Of a DNA stretch of 64,000 nucleotides, positions 28,414 through 39,128 are shown one piece after another. The translations under genes and the position numbers were made by a program. The notes beneath the pieces are model-generated. The model was not told the origin of the DNA, ran no database searches, and saw nothing but the letters and a program-made list of their open reading frames with translations. The stretch comes from Candidatus Marinacidobacterium sp. (GTDB lineage Bacteria > Acidobacteriota > Vicinamibacteria > Marinacidobacterales > Marinacidobacteraceae): positions 3,264,001-3,328,000 of the forward strand of contig OZ242011.1 in the NCBI GenBank assembly GCA_965204755.1. The letters run 5' to 3'. Position 1 is the stretch's first letter. Each line of letters opens with the position of its first letter.

Positions 28414-29912
28414 CGCCGCCTCCGGTACAGCCAGGAGAAGACCGCCTTCGCCTTCGGGGTGAGCCGCGTCCGTTGGTAGGCGTCCGCCGCGCGCTGGACG
28501 GCCTGCGCCCAGGTGGGGTAGCCGTGGATGGTGGAGGACAGGGAGGAGAGCCCGACGCCGTGCCGCGCGGCCACCAGGATTTCGTGGAGGATCTCCCCGG
28601 CGCGGGGCGCGGCCACGGTGGCGCCGAGGATTCGGTCCTTGCCGCGCCGGGTCACGACCTTCACGAAGCCGCGGGTGGCGTTCTCGGTGATCGCCCGGTC
28701 CAGGTCGGCGTTCTCGTGGCGGTGGACTTCCACCGGGATGCCCCGCGCCTCGGCGTCGGCTTCGGAGAGGCCGAAGTGGGCGATCTCCGGATCCACATAG
28801 GTCACCCAGGGGACCTGCCGGTAGTCGGCGCGGGCGCGGGGGACGGGCCGGGGGAGCAGGACATTCCGGACGACCAGCCGCGCCTGGTAGTCGGCGGTGT
28901 GGGTGAAGCGGTAGGGCCCGGTCACATCGCCGGCGGCGTAGATGTGGCGGACATTCGTGCGGAGCGCCGCGTCCACCGGGATTCCCCGGCGGGCGTCGTA
29001 CTCGACGCCGGCGGCGTCGAGGCCGAGGTCGCCCACATTCGGCGTCCGCCCGGCGGCGAGCAGGAGCCGCTCCGCAGTGAAACGGCGTTCTTCGCCGCCG
29101 CTGCCGCCGCCGTCTTTCGTTCGGACGGAGGCCTCGACGGCGCCGTCTTCCAACTTCCGGAAACGCTCGACCCGGCAGTGGCGGACGACCTCGATGCCTT
29201 CGGCGGCGAAGGCCTCCTCCACCACGGAGGAGGCCTCCGGGTCGTCTCTGGGCAGCAGCCGCCCCACATCGGTGAGGATGGTCACGCGGACCCCGAGCCG
29301 GCGCATCACCTGTCCGAGTTCGCACCCGATGGGGCCGCCGCCGAGGATGAGCAGTGACTTCGGCGCCGTGTCCTGGCGGTCGAAGAAGGTCTCGTTCGTG
29401 AGGTAGGGGATGTCCGCGAGGCCGGGGATGTCGGGCGCGTACGGCCGCGTGCCGGTGGCGATCACGAAGTTCGCCGAGGCGAGCCTCCGGCCGTCGTCGA
29501 GTTCCACTTCGCCGGGGCTGACGAACCGGGCGCGGGCCTCGAAGACCTCCACGCCGAGCCCGCGGAACCGCTCCGGGGAGTCGTTGGGGGCGATCGCGGC
29601 GCGGCGCTCGCGCATGTGCTCGAAGACCCGTTCGAACCGGAACCGGGGCTCCGTCTCGTCGAGCCCGTGGTGTTCGGCGCTCCGGATCTGCTGGATGAGT
29701 TTCGAGGTGGAGACCAGCGCCTTCGAGGGCACGCAGCCGTAGTTCAGGCAGTCGCCCCCCATCTTCGCCGCTTCGACCAGCGCCACCCGCCCCCCGAGAC
29801 CGGCGGTCCCCGCCGCGGAGACCAGCCCGGCGGTGCCGCCGCCGATGGCGACCAGGTTGTAGCGGGCGGGACGCGCCGATCCGGCGGGCGGCGGCGTGAC
29901 GGATTCGCTCAT
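28410..29912 (-). CDS. FAD-dependent pyridine nucleotide-disulfide oxidoreductase (MerA/Lpd-like)
   Basis: GGGTAG, GGDCLNYGCVPSK redox disulfide, GGGPIG, YAAGD, HGYPT; no C-terminal Cys pair. Confidence 0.9.
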   Translation of the reverse strand: MSESVTPPPAGSARPARYNLVAIGGGTAGLVSAAGTAGLGGRVALVEAAKMGGDCLNYGCVPSKALVSTSKLIQQIRSAEHHGLDETEPRFRFERVFEHMRERRAAIAPNDSPERFRGLGVEVFEARARFVSPGEVELDDGRRLASANFVIATGTRPYAPDIPGLADIPYLTNETFFDRQDTAPKSLLILGGGPIGCELGQVMRRLGVRVTILTDVGRLLPRDDPEASSVVEEAFAAEGIEVVRHCRVERFRKLEDGAVEASVRTKDGGGSGGEERRFTAERLLLAAGRTPNVGDLGLDAAGVEYDARRGIPVDAALRTNVRHIYAAGDVTGPYRFTHTADYQARLVVRNVLLPRPVPRARADYRQVPWVTYVDPEIAHFGLSEADAEARGIPVEVHRHENADLDRAITENATRGFVKVVTRRGKDRILGATVAAPRAGEILHEILVAARHGVGLSSLSSTIHGYPTWAQAVQRAADAYQRTRLTPKAKAVFSWLYRRRR

Positions 29913-30006
29913 GGGGGCCGGGGAAACTCTACCGGCGCGGGCCCCCCCGCCGACCGCTGCGGAGGCGCCGCGGGGGCGGTCGGGGCCGTTGGTAGATTCC
30001 GCGGCG

Positions 30007-30741
30007 ATGGAGCCGCGCGGCGCAACGGGTCGGCCCGGAGCGGCGCCGGGCCGCCGCAGCCGCCGCCTGATCCTCGGGCTGGACGAAGCGGGGCGGGGGC
30101 CGGCGCTCGGCCCGCTGGTGGTGGCGGGCGTGGCGCTCGATGTGCCGGCGGCCGCCGCCCTCCGGCGGCGGGGCGTGAAGGACTCGAAGGACTTCGGCCC
30201 CGGCGAGGAGGGGCGCGAGCGGCGGCGCGAACTGGCGGCGGAAGTGCGGAAGCGGGCGGCCGGCGTCTTCGTGCGGGTTCTCTCCGCCGCCGAAGTGGAC
30301 CGCTATGTCGAAGTGCGCGGCCTCAACGCGCTGGAGCGCCGCGCCGCCGACGAGATCGTCACCGAAGCCGGCCCGGCGCGCCGCATCGTGGCCGACGGCG
30401 CGAGGCTCTTCGGCCCCCTGGCCGGGCGGTATCCGCACCTCGAGGCGCTCGACCGGGGCGAGTCGCAGCACGCGGCGGTGGCCGCCGCCAGCGTGGTCGC
30501 CAAGGATCGGCGCGACGAGTTGTTCGCCGAAATCGCCGAGCGGTACCGCGCCGACTTCGGCGAAGTGCGCGGCGGCGGCTATGTGAACCGCGACACCGAG
30601 GCCTTCCTCCGCCGCTTCCACGCCGCCCGCGGCCGCCTCCCGGAGGAGACCCGCCTCAGTTGGCGCTGGTCGGTCATCCGCGAGTTGAACGGCCAACCCC
30701 GATTGTTCGGCGGCGCCGGCGCCCCGGGCGGTGGCGCCTGA
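30007..30741 (+). CDS. rnhB: Ribonuclease HII
   Basis: GLDEAGRGPALGPLV, KDSK, VADG, AAASVVAK, GGGY, TRLSW. Confidence 0.88.
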   Translation: MEPRGATGRPGAAPGRRSRRLILGLDEAGRGPALGPLVVAGVALDVPAAAALRRRGVKDSKDFGPGEEGRERRRELAAEVRKRAAGVFVRVLSAAEVDRYVEVRGLNALERRAADEIVTEAGPARRIVADGARLFGPLAGRYPHLEALDRGESQHAAVAAASVVAKDRRDELFAEIAERYRADFGEVRGGGYVNRDTEAFLRRFHAARGRLPEETRLSWRWSVIRELNGQPRLFGGAGAPGGGA

Positions 30742-30744
30742 CGG

Positions 30745-30773
30745 TTGCGGCAGCGGCCTCCCGAGGTTAGTGT
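30745..30773 (+). promoter_or_regulatory. Putative sigma70 promoter of the Lamassu operon
   Basis: TTGCGG-17 nt-TAGTGT upstream of lmuA. Confidence 0.4.
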
Positions 30774-30856
30774 TCCGGGTTGTGCGGGGGGCCCTGAGGG
30801 CGGCCTGCCCTCCCGCCATGCGACGCACGGCCGCCGTTTTGAGCGAGGGCGGAGTC

Positions 30857-31774
30857 GTGACCGCGCTGGAGCGAGCCTACTACCGACAGGAGTTCCGGAT
30901 CGCCCTCCTTGAAAAGGAGGGTCAGGAGTTCCAAGACTGGTTCTGTGAACTCGCTCGTCGGGCCATTGGGCCCGACTTCGAGCCCATCGGCCATGAAGGC
31001 GCACAGGGAGACCAGGCAGCTGACGGGCGTAGGCGGAGCGACGGCACCATCTTTCAGTGCTACGCTCCGCACACCGTCCGCGCAGATCGTGTCCGGCGAA
31101 AGATACGGGCCGACTTCGCGAGTGCCTTGCGACACTGGCCGAGGTTCCTGAAACACTGGGTCTTCGTGCACAACATCAGGCGTGGCTTGGGCCCCACTGC
31201 GAACAAGGAGTTGGATGCACTTGGAAGAGAGTATCCTGCGGTGAAGATCGCGACTTGGTCGAAGCCGGAGTTGACGGAGCTCTTCGATCAGTTGGAACTC
31301 GCCGACTGCGAGTGGTTGTTCGGTCCTGCTCCATCGGCGGAAGACTTGGAGGGCGTCACGCCGGCGCATGTCGCGGAAGTGATTGGCCACTTGGAGCAGA
31401 CCAAGCCCGAGCCGGGCAGGGAGCCGCTCGCGCCGCCGTCGGTGGACAAGATCGAGAAGAACGATCTCTCGCCCGATGTACTCGACCTGCTCCGCGCGGG
31501 TAAGCGCAAGGATTACTTGACGGAGCGGTACTTCGAGAAGGAACCGGGTCCGGAGGCCGGAGAGCGAGTCGCGGAAGCGTTTCGGCAGCGTTACGCATCA
31601 CTCAAGGAGAGTGCCGAGTCACCTGACGACATCTTCGCCGGACTCCAGAGATTCGCCGGACACGGGGGCAGCCCCAAGCACCAGGTGGCGGTACTGGCCG
31701 TTCTGTCCTACTTGTTCGACCGCTGTGACATCTTCGAGGATCCGCGCGGCGTGGTTCCGGGTCGTCCGGTGTGA
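30857..31774 (+). CDS. lmuA: Lamassu/ABC-3C effector: PD-(D/E)XK-like nuclease + C-terminal domain
   Basis: GQEFQDWF, GDQAADG..FQCYAP, WVFVHN, KIEKNDL, C-terminal YLFDRCDIFE; first gene of an overlapping three-gene operon. Confidence 0.8.
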   Translation: MTALERAYYRQEFRIALLEKEGQEFQDWFCELARRAIGPDFEPIGHEGAQGDQAADGRRRSDGTIFQCYAPHTVRADRVRRKIRADFASALRHWPRFLKHWVFVHNIRRGLGPTANKELDALGREYPAVKIATWSKPELTELFDQLELADCEWLFGPAPSAEDLEGVTPAHVAEVIGHLEQTKPEPGREPLAPPSVDKIEKNDLSPDVLDLLRAGKRKDYLTERYFEKEPGPEAGERVAEAFRQRYASLKESAESPDDIFAGLQRFAGHGGSPKHQVAVLAVLSYLFDRCDIFEDPRGVVPGRPV

Positions 31775-31998
31775 TCCTTCCGACGAAGCACATGCGCCCG
31801 TACCGCAGCCTCTTGGGGCTCGGCGCGACGATTCTGGACACGATCACGCGGCCGATGACCGTTTCCGCGCTCTGGGATCGGTTGCGAAGGGCGTCACATC
31901 CCGGACTGAGTTACGGATGGTTCATCCTCGCGCTGGATCTGCTCTACATGATCGGCGCCATCGACTTTCGTCGCGGTCTCCTCGTTCGCGCGAAGTAG
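31771..31998 (+). CDS. lmuC: Lamassu/ABC-3C middle component
   Basis: 75 aa MILPTKH..TVSALW..WFILALDLLYMIG; GTGA overlap with lmuA. Confidence 0.8.
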   Translation: MILPTKHMRPYRSLLGLGATILDTITRPMTVSALWDRLRRASHPGLSYGWFILALDLLYMIGAIDFRRGLLVRAK

Positions 31999-32008
31999 TG
32001 CTTGAAGA

Positions 32009-33772
32009 ATGATCCGCAAGGTCACCGCCGACCGGTCGTCGTTCAAGACGCTCGAATTCCAGTCAGGGCTGAACATCCTTCTCGCGGACCGAAGCGAGAG
32101 CGCCACCGACAAGGATTCCCGGAACGGCGCCGGAAAAACCAGCCTTGTGGAGTTGATCCACTTCGTGTTCGGGGCCAGCGCTTCGGGGACCATTTTTCGG
32201 TCGAGAGATATCGGAGACTGGCGGTTCGGCGTGGAGATGGAGGTCGACAACGAGCCGGGATCCGTCATGCGCTCGGGTCGGCGTGCGGAAGTAGTCGAAG
32301 TCTCCGGTTCCCTCGTTCCTGGCGACCACGATGAGCAGCCGAGACTCATGGGGCCGGCCCCTCAGGTGGCCGTGCCCATCGGACAGTGGAAGGCTGGTCT
32401 CGGGGAAAGGTGGTTCGGCTTGGTACAAGAGGGCGAAGCAGTTGATCCGTTCGCTCCCCGTTTTCGACCGCTGTTTTCGTACTTCGCTCGCCGGCAGGCA
32501 AAGGGCGCCTTCAACAGCCCGATGCAGTACTGGTCGAGACAGCCGGTCTGGGAAGAACGCGTTTCCATCTCGTGGCTCTTGGGACTCGACTGGACAGTCG
32601 CTCAGCGTCTTCAGCGACTTCGTGAGCGCGAGAAAGGTGTAGACGATGCGATGAAAGCGATCGAGTCCGGTGAACTGCCTGTGCTCTCGCGCACTGCGTC
32701 GGAATTGCGGACTGCTCTCACGGTGGCGCGGGGAGAAGCGCACACGAGAAAACAGCGACTCCATGCCTTTCGCGTGTTGCCGGACTATGAAGACTTGGAG
32801 AAGGAGGCGGACTCGATTACCGTCCAAATCAACGACATCGCCGGGGACAACATCGCGGATCGCGCGTTGCTTCGAGACCTCGAGACTTCATTGGGTGGCG
32901 AAACAGACGACATGCATCCGGAGATTCAGCGACTCTACAAGGAGGCGGGAATCGTGTTGCCGGGTGCGACCCTGCGTCGGCTCGCCGAGGTGGACACCTT
33001 TCATCGCGCGGTCGTTCGGAACCGCAAGAGCCAACTGAAGGACGCTATCGAGAGCGCGAGAGAGCGGATCGTCGGGCGAGAGCGACGGAAGGAGTCGCTC
33101 GATCGGCGAAGGAGGAAGATCATGAAGGTCTTGGAGTCGGGGGGCGCATTGGCGGAGTACAGTGCGCTCCGAGAGGAGGTCGCTCGACGCGAGGGGGAGG
33201 TGGAGGTCCTTGAACAGCATCTGCGGAACGCGGAAGAGATCGAGGGCCGTCGGGCTGCGCTGAAGGTCGAGCGAGCCAGTTTGCTCAAGGCCGTGCAAGA
33301 CGACATAACCGAACGAGGAGAGCATCTTCAGGAGGTGATTCTTCGCTTCGAGCGACTGTCGCAATCGCTCTACGAGAGGGCCGGGCGCCTGCACATAGCG
33401 CCCAGCAACTCCGGACCGAAGTTCGAGGTGCAGATTCACTCCGGGCGGAGTCTCGGCATCACGAACATGCAGATCTTCTGTTTCGACTTGATGCTGATGG
33501 ACTTGATGGTCGAGCGGGGGCAATCGCCGGGGTTCCTCATCCACGACAGCCACCTGTTCGACGGCGTCGATGAACGGCAGGTGGCGCGGGCGCTGCAGGT
33601 GGGCGCGCGCCGGGCGGAGGCCGGCGGGTTCCAGTACATCGTGACGCTGAACACGGACAAGATACCCAAGGACGGGTTCGATCCGGGGTTTCGGCTCGAC
33701 GACTACTTCTTGGATGTGCGCCTTACCGACGCTCTTCCCGACGGGGGGCTGTTCGGGATTCGTTTCGATTAG
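32009..33772 (+). CDS. lmuB: Lamassu SMC-like ABC ATPase (DUF2326)
   Basis: GLNILLA, RNGAGKT Walker A, central coiled coil, IFCFD, FLIHDSHLFDGVDERQ, QYIVTLN, GLFGIRF. Confidence 0.85.
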   Translation: MIRKVTADRSSFKTLEFQSGLNILLADRSESATDKDSRNGAGKTSLVELIHFVFGASASGTIFRSRDIGDWRFGVEMEVDNEPGSVMRSGRRAEVVEVSGSLVPGDHDEQPRLMGPAPQVAVPIGQWKAGLGERWFGLVQEGEAVDPFAPRFRPLFSYFARRQAKGAFNSPMQYWSRQPVWEERVSISWLLGLDWTVAQRLQRLREREKGVDDAMKAIESGELPVLSRTASELRTALTVARGEAHTRKQRLHAFRVLPDYEDLEKEADSITVQINDIAGDNIADRALLRDLETSLGGETDDMHPEIQRLYKEAGIVLPGATLRRLAEVDTFHRAVVRNRKSQLKDAIESARERIVGRERRKESLDRRRRKIMKVLESGGALAEYSALREEVARREGEVEVLEQHLRNAEEIEGRRAALKVERASLLKAVQDDITERGEHLQEVILRFERLSQSLYERAGRLHIAPSNSGPKFEVQIHSGRSLGITNMQIFCFDLMLMDLMVERGQSPGFLIHDSHLFDGVDERQVARALQVGARRAEAGGFQYIVTLNTDKIPKDGFDPGFRLDDYFLDVRLTDALPDGGLFGIRFD

Positions 33773-34398
33773 CCGGGCGCCGCCGGGAGGGCGGCGCGGG
33801 CGGCGACGGTGTCGATGTGCCGCTGGGCGGCGGGTTCGAGGGAGCGGTTGTAGAGGAGGGCGGCGGGGTGGTAAAGGGTGATGAAGTCGTGGCGGGGCCA
33901 ATCGGGGAGGCGGAAGAACTCGCCTACGGTTTCGGATAGCGGGCGGCGGGCGCGGTTCGGGGAGAAGCGGCGGAGAGCCGTGGCGCCGAGTAGGGCGACG
34001 ATGCGCGCGGGGGACAGGGCCAACTGGCGGTCGAGGAGGGGGCGGCAGGCGGCGGCTTCCTGTTTGGTCGGGGCGCGGTTCTTGGGCGGGCGGCATTTCA
34101 CGACATTCACGATGAGGACATCGCGTTCGGTGGAAAGGCCGGCGGAGTGGAAGAGGGCGTCGAGAGTCTTTCCGGCGCGGCCTACGAACGCTCGGCCGGA
34201 GGCGTCCTCGAAGGCGCCGGGCGCTTCGCCCACGGCGAGGATCGGCGCTTGGGGGTTGCCGCGATCCACCACGATGTGCGTGCGCCCGTCCGCCAGGGGG
34301 CAGCGGCGGCAGGCGCTCGCGGCCAGCAGGTCGTGGAACGCGGAGTAGTCGGTGGCCGTAAGCGCCCGCCCGACGGCGTCCGGCGGGCGCCTCGTCAT
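33769..34398 (-). CDS. udg: Uracil-DNA glycosylase, family 4
   Basis: CRRCPL Fe-S ligands, VGEAPG, FVGRAG, NVVKCRPPKNR, YHPAA. Confidence 0.92.
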   Translation of the reverse strand: MTRRPPDAVGRALTATDYSAFHDLLAASACRRCPLADGRTHIVVDRGNPQAPILAVGEAPGAFEDASGRAFVGRAGKTLDALFHSAGLSTERDVLIVNVVKCRPPKNRAPTKQEAAACRPLLDRQLALSPARIVALLGATALRRFSPNRARRPLSETVGEFFRLPDWPRHDFITLYHPAALLYNRSLEPAAQRHIDTVAARAALPAAPG

Positions 34399-35973
34399 TC
34401 AGCCGCCCCGGTGTTCGCCGAAGACGGAGCGGAGGGCGTCGCTGATTTCGCCGACGGTGGCCATCGCTTCCACCGCCGACAGGATCGCGGGCATCAGGTT
34501 GCCGCCGGCGCCGGCCACTCGCCCTACTTCCTCGAGCGCGGCGCGGCAGACCTCGCCATCGCGGCGGGCGCGCGCGCGGCGAACGCGTTCCGCCTGCGCG
34601 GCTTCCACCTCCGGGTGGAGCGTGAACGGTTCGACGGAACTCGTTTCGCCGTCCTTGCGGAACCGGTTGACGCCGACCACCGTCTCCTTGCCGGCTTCGA
34701 GGTCTTGCTGGTAGGCGTAGGCGGCTTCGCGGATGCGGGCCTGGACGAAACCGGCTTCGAGCGCGGCCGCCGGCCCTCCCAAGCGATCCACTTCCGCGAT
34801 CCACGAACGCGCTTCTTCCTCGATCCGGTCGGTGAGGGATTCGACCGCCCACGAACCGCCCAAGGGATCCACGGTGGCCGCCACGCCGCTCTCGAAGGCG
34901 ATCACCTGTTGCGTGCGGAGCGCGAGTTCCGCGGTTTCTTCGGTGGGAAGACCGAGCGCTTCGTCGAGAGCGTTCGTATGGAGGGATTGCGCGCCGCCGA
35001 GCACTGCGGAAAGCGCTTCCAAGGTCGTGCGCGCCACATTCACCTGCGGCGAGAGGGCGGTCAGCGTGGAGCCGGCGGTCTGCGCGTGGAACCGGAGCAT
35101 CTGCGCGCGCGGGCTCTTCGATCCCAGTCGTTCGCGCAGCAGGTCGGCCCACAGGCGGCGCGCGGCGCGGAACTTGGCGACTTCTTCCAGGAAGTCGCGG
35201 TGCGCGTTGAAGAAGAACGAAACCCGCGGCGCCACTTCGTCCACGCCGAGGCCGCGCGCCATCGTGGCCTCGACATAGGCGAGGCCGTTCGCCAGCGTGA
35301 AGCCGACTTCCTGCGCGGCGGTGCAGCCGGCTTCCCGGATGTGGTAGCCGCTCACGCTCACCGGCTGGAACCGGGGCAACTCGCGGCGGCACCATTCGAT
35401 CAGGTCCGTAGCCAGCCGCATCGAAGGTTCCGGCGGGTAGATCCAGGTTCCGCGCGCGGCGTACTCCTTGAGGATGTCGTTCTGGACGGTGCCGGAGATC
35501 CGGTCGAGCGGAATGCCCTGCCGCCGCGCCGCCGCCGCGTAGAGCGCGGCGAGGATCGGCGCCGTGGCGTTGATCGTCATCGAGGTCGAGACCTCGCCCA
35601 GCGGGATCTCGGAGAACAGCGTTTCCATGTCTTCGAGCGAGTCCATGGCGACTCCCACGCGCCCGACTTCGCCGGCGGCGAGCGGGTGGTCGGAGTCGTA
35701 ACCGATCTGGGTGGGCAGGTCGAAGGCGGTGGAAAGACCGGTCTGGCCGCTTCGCAGGAGGTAACGGAACCGGCGGTTCGTCTCCTCGGCGGTGGCATAG
35801 CCGGCGTATTGGCGCATCGTCCACAGGCGTTCCCGATACCCCGAGGCGCGAATGCCCCGGGTGAACGGCGGCTCGCCGGGAAGGCCGATCCGCTCTTCGC
35901 CGCCCGGGGCGTCTTCCGGGCGGTAGAGCGGCTTCAGTTCGCGGCGCGGCCGGGCCGGCGGGGGCGCCGGCAA
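34399..35973 (-). CDS. Methylmalonyl-CoA mutase family, substrate-binding subunit
   Basis: [53 protein letters not shown]; no B12-binding domain. Confidence 0.93.
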   Translation of the reverse strand: MPAPPPARPRRELKPLYRPEDAPGGEERIGLPGEPPFTRGIRASGYRERLWTMRQYAGYATAEETNRRFRYLLRSGQTGLSTAFDLPTQIGYDSDHPLAAGEVGRVGVAMDSLEDMETLFSEIPLGEVSTSMTINATAPILAALYAAAARRQGIPLDRISGTVQNDILKEYAARGTWIYPPEPSMRLATDLIEWCRRELPRFQPVSVSGYHIREAGCTAAQEVGFTLANGLAYVEATMARGLGVDEVAPRVSFFFNAHRDFLEEVAKFRAARRLWADLLRERLGSKSPRAQMLRFHAQTAGSTLTALSPQVNVARTTLEALSAVLGGAQSLHTNALDEALGLPTEETAELALRTQQVIAFESGVAATVDPLGGSWAVESLTDRIEEEARSWIAEVDRLGGPAAALEAGFVQARIREAAYAYQQDLEAGKETVVGVNRFRKDGETSSVEPFTLHPEVEAAQAERVRRARARRDGEVCRAALEEVGRVAGAGGNLMPAILSAVEAMATVGEISDALRSVFGEHRGG

Positions 35974-35974
35974 C

Positions 35975-36478
35975 TCAGCGCTCCTCGCCCGGAGCGGTTT
36001 CCGGGGCGCACGCGTACTCGCACACCACCACCTGGTCGCTCCACAGTTCCGACCGGGAGGGATCCACCGGACACAGGCGCACCAGGTCCTCTTCCAGGAA
36101 CAGCGGGCAGCCCTCGATCGGCGCGGCGGAGCGGTCGTCGGGACGGGCGATGGGAAGTTCCAGCCGGCGGCGGTCGGGAGTCCAGCCGTCGCGCTCGGCC
36201 AGGTCGGCGAGCGCCCGCCGCAGGCGCTCCACCCGGCCGCGCGCTTCGCCGAGGTCGATCCGCCGCTCCCGGAGCGCTTCGAGGATGTCCAGTCCGTCGG
36301 CGCGGAGCGAAGCGATGGAGGCTTCCTGCGACGAGGGGGCGCGACCGGCCGCGTCGAGCGCGAAACGGGCGGCGTCGAGCGTGAAACCGGCTGCGCCGGG
36401 CCCGCCCTCGAGGAGCGGGGCGAAGAGGGCGAGGACGAACGCCGGCGCCGCGGGACGCGGGCGCGCGGGAAACCGCAC
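35975..36478 (-). CDS. Hypothetical protein
   Basis: Fills the gap in a tightly packed minus-strand run; C-terminal Cys residues; no recognised motif. Confidence 0.5.
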   Translation of the reverse strand: MRFPARPRPAAPAFVLALFAPLLEGGPGAAGFTLDAARFALDAAGRAPSSQEASIASLRADGLDILEALRERRIDLGEARGRVERLRRALADLAERDGWTPDRRRLELPIARPDDRSAAPIEGCPLFLEEDLVRLCPVDPSRSELWSDQVVVCEYACAPETAPGEER

Positions 36479-36487
36479 CCGGAGGAG

Positions 36488-37453
36488 TTACTCCGAGGGC
36501 CCGATGCTCGGCTGCGGCTGCGAGGACGGCGGCCGCCAGAGCGGATCCCCGGACTGCCGCTCGCGGATCCACCGCCTCAACGGGACATCCTCCGGCTGCG
36601 GTTGGTACCACCCGACTTCCGTGCGGCCGTCGCCGAGCAGTTGCCGCAGCACCGGGTCGCACCGGTCGAGCAGTTCCGCCGGCATCGCCCGGTAGTCCAG
36701 CGGCCGCAGCCAGCGGTAGGAATACCCGAAGAAGAGCGCCTTCCGCACGACCTCCGACTCGTTCGTCCCGTGCCGGTGCCAGAGCCGGCGGTCGAAGATC
36801 ACCGCGTCGCCGGGGCGCGCCCGGAGCGACTTCTTCCCGTCCCACTCCGGGTCGTCGCACTCGGGCGGCGGGGCGTCCAGGCGGTGGCTGCCGGGGACGA
36901 GTTCCATAGCGCCCCGCGCCGGGCCGCGGGTGTCGGTGAGCCAGTAGGCGACCTTCACCGAGAGGCGCGGCGCCGGGCGCTCCAACTCGAGCACCGGGCG
37001 GCCGCTGTCCTGATGCCACACCGGTTCGCGGCACTGCTCGCCGCCCCACGGCTCCGGGGGATAGACCACCAGGTGCGAGATGTACAACTGGATGTTCCAG
37101 CCGAGGACGCTCCAGACCTTGGGAAGCGTCCGCGCGTGAGTCACGAGTTCCAGGAACGCGGGGTCGAAGCGGATCGTCGCGAAGCGGGACATCATGTCCC
37201 CGCGGGCGAGGTCGAGTCGCCGCCGCTCGGCGGCGTCGAGGCGGTCCGCCGCTTCGAGCAGGCGCCCGGTGTGTTCGGCGGTGAGCGCGCCCGGGATCTC
37301 CAGGTAGCCGTCGCGGTCGAAACGCGCGATCTCGTCGGCCGTCGCCGCGTGTTCGAGGTGTTCGTCCGTCAGTCCGGGGAACCGCCGCCCGTCGAGCGGG
37401 AAGAGCACCCGGTCGTCCACCGGCTCCACCGGCGGGGCCACGAGCCGGCTCAT
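36488..37453 (-). CDS. Phytanoyl-CoA dioxygenase (PhyH) family Fe(II)/2OG enzyme
   Basis: [31 protein letters not shown]. Confidence 0.9.
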   Translation of the reverse strand: MSRLVAPPVEPVDDRVLFPLDGRRFPGLTDEHLEHAATADEIARFDRDGYLEIPGALTAEHTGRLLEAADRLDAAERRRLDLARGDMMSRFATIRFDPAFLELVTHARTLPKVWSVLGWNIQLYISHLVVYPPEPWGGEQCREPVWHQDSGRPVLELERPAPRLSVKVAYWLTDTRGPARGAMELVPGSHRLDAPPPECDDPEWDGKKSLRARPGDAVIFDRRLWHRHGTNESEVVRKALFFGYSYRWLRPLDYRAMPAELLDRCDPVLRQLLGDGRTEVGWYQPQPEDVPLRRWIRERQSGDPLWRPPSSQPQPSIGPSE

Positions 37454-37520
37454 GCGGTTCGACGAGGTTTCGGCTGGCTGGCGGGCGGGAGGGCGGGCGG
37501 AGGCGGCTAGTATTGCGGAA

Positions 37521-38195
37521 GTGAGTCGGCGGCGTCTTGCGCTGCTGCTGGCGTGGGGGCTGCTCCTCGCGCTGGGCGGCAGCATCTACTTGGGCCCGTA
37601 TTTCGCCGCTTGGAGCATCCGCCGGGCGGTGGCCGCCGGGGACGCGGAAGCGCTCCACGACTTCGTGGACTTCGAGGCGGTGCGGGAGAACCTGAAGGGC
37701 GAACTGCGGCGCACCGTCGGCGCCCGGCAACGGCAGGCGGCGGCCGCGCCCGAGCCGCCCGCGGACGACGGGAGTCCCGAACCGGCCCCGGAACCGGCGC
37801 CGGCCGAGGCCCCGCTGACCGACCTGGGCGCTCGCCTCGCGGTGACGGTCGGGGAGACGATGATCGACCGCTTCGCCACGCCGGAGGGCGTGGACCGGGC
37901 GCTTCGCTCCGGGGCGGCCCAAGGAGGCGGCGACGGCTGGTCGTCGTTCTTGGACCTCGGCGGCGACCGCGGGAGCGAGGGCGGCGGCGACAGCGGCAGC
38001 GGCAGGGGCGGGATCGAGGTGCGCGCCGGCTACGACGGCTGGAACGACTTCGCGGTGCGGCTGGGCGTCGAGGCGGACGCCGCCGACGAAGCGCCGATCT
38101 GGGCGGACATCCTGTTCGAGCGGCGCGGGATCTGGGCGTGGCGGGTGACCGGCGCCCGGGTCAGCCCGGACGCGATCTCCCTGCTCGTTCGCTGA
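37521..38195 (+). CDS. DUF2939-like membrane-anchored protein
   Basis: N-terminal TM, PYFAAWSIRRAVAAGDAEAL..VDFEAVRENLK, C-terminal FERRG..WRVT. Confidence 0.75.
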   Translation: MSRRRLALLLAWGLLLALGGSIYLGPYFAAWSIRRAVAAGDAEALHDFVDFEAVRENLKGELRRTVGARQRQAAAAPEPPADDGSPEPAPEPAPAEAPLTDLGARLAVTVGETMIDRFATPEGVDRALRSGAAQGGGDGWSSFLDLGGDRGSEGGGDSGSGRGGIEVRAGYDGWNDFAVRLGVEADAADEAPIWADILFERRGIWAWRVTGARVSPDAISLLVR

Positions 38196-38198
38196 CCC

Positions 38199-39128
38199 TC
38201 ACTCGGCGGCCAGCCGGGCGGCGGCTTCCGCCCGCGTCGGGATCCCGGCCGTTCCCGGCGACTCCACGGTCAGGGCGGCGGCCGCCGCGGCGAGCCGGGC
38301 GGACTCCTCCGGAGGAGAGTCCCGGCGCCACAGGCCGAACGCCAGCGCCGCGGCGAACACATCCCCGGCGCCCGTCGGGTCCGCGACCGCAGCCTCGACC
38401 GCCGGAACCGGCAGGGCCGGCGCCTCCCGGCGGAGGATCACCGCGCCGGCGGCGCCGCGCGTGACGGCGAGGGCCGGACGCCCGGTCCGAGCCGCCTCGA
38501 GCCAGGACCGGGCGCCGGCGGCGCGGGACTCCTCGTCGCTGAGGCAGACCAGGTCCATTTCGGCGAGTCGCTCCGCGAATCCGCCGGACGCGGCGAGGGT
38601 GACCGATCGGCTGCGTCGGGCCGTCCGGCGGAGCAGGCCCTGCGGGATCGCCGCGGCGAAAGCCCCGCGTCCGGGAGGCCGGGGAAACCGGCGGACGCGG
38701 GAGAGTTCCGAGGTCACCGGCGCGAAGACGGCGAGCGAGCCGGGGGGCAGCGCGAGCGCCGCCTCCCGGAGCGCGCCCGCCGGAATCGGGTCGGCGCGGC
38801 CCAGCAGCCGCTGGCGCCGCGTCCCGTCGGGGAGGTAGCGATTCTCGAACCTGGTGCGTTCGCGGGACTGCATCCAGTCCACCGGGATGCCGGGGAGGTC
38901 GTCGAGGTAGGGGAATCCGGGGTCGATCGCGGTGAAGATCCGCACCCGGACGCCCCACCGGGAGAGCAGCAGGGCGGCGTAGGCGGCGGCGCCGCCGAGC
39001 CTCGGGCCGTCCGGGGTCAGGTCCTCGGTGAGGTGTCCGACGACCAGGGCGCGGGGTTCGCGCGCCGGCGGCTTCCCGTACCCTCCGCCCGCCCGCGGTT
39101 CCCCGGTGCTCGTCTGGACTTCGCTCAT
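38199..39128 (-). CDS. PfkB-family carbohydrate kinase
   Basis: GHLTED, GGAAAY, VTRGAAG, DPTGAGDVFAAA; start uncertain. Confidence 0.88.
   Translation of the reverse strand: MSEVQTSTGEPRAGGGYGKPPAREPRALVVGHLTEDLTPDGPRLGGAAAYAALLLSRWGVRVRIFTAIDPGFPYLDDLPGIPVDWMQSRERTRFENRYLPDGTRRQRLLGRADPIPAGALREAALALPPGSLAVFAPVTSELSRVRRFPRPPGRGAFAAAIPQGLLRRTARRSRSVTLAASGGFAERLAEMDLVCLSDEESRAAGARSWLEAARTGRPALAVTRGAAGAVILRREAPALPVPAVEAAVADPTGAGDVFAAALAFGLWRRDSPPEESARLAAAAAALTVESPGTAGIPTRAEAAARLAAE

Noticed and set aside
28410-29912. Mercuric reductase merA
   Set aside because: Lacks the C-terminal Cys-Cys pair and other mer genes; pairing with TVP38 is a common non-mer context.
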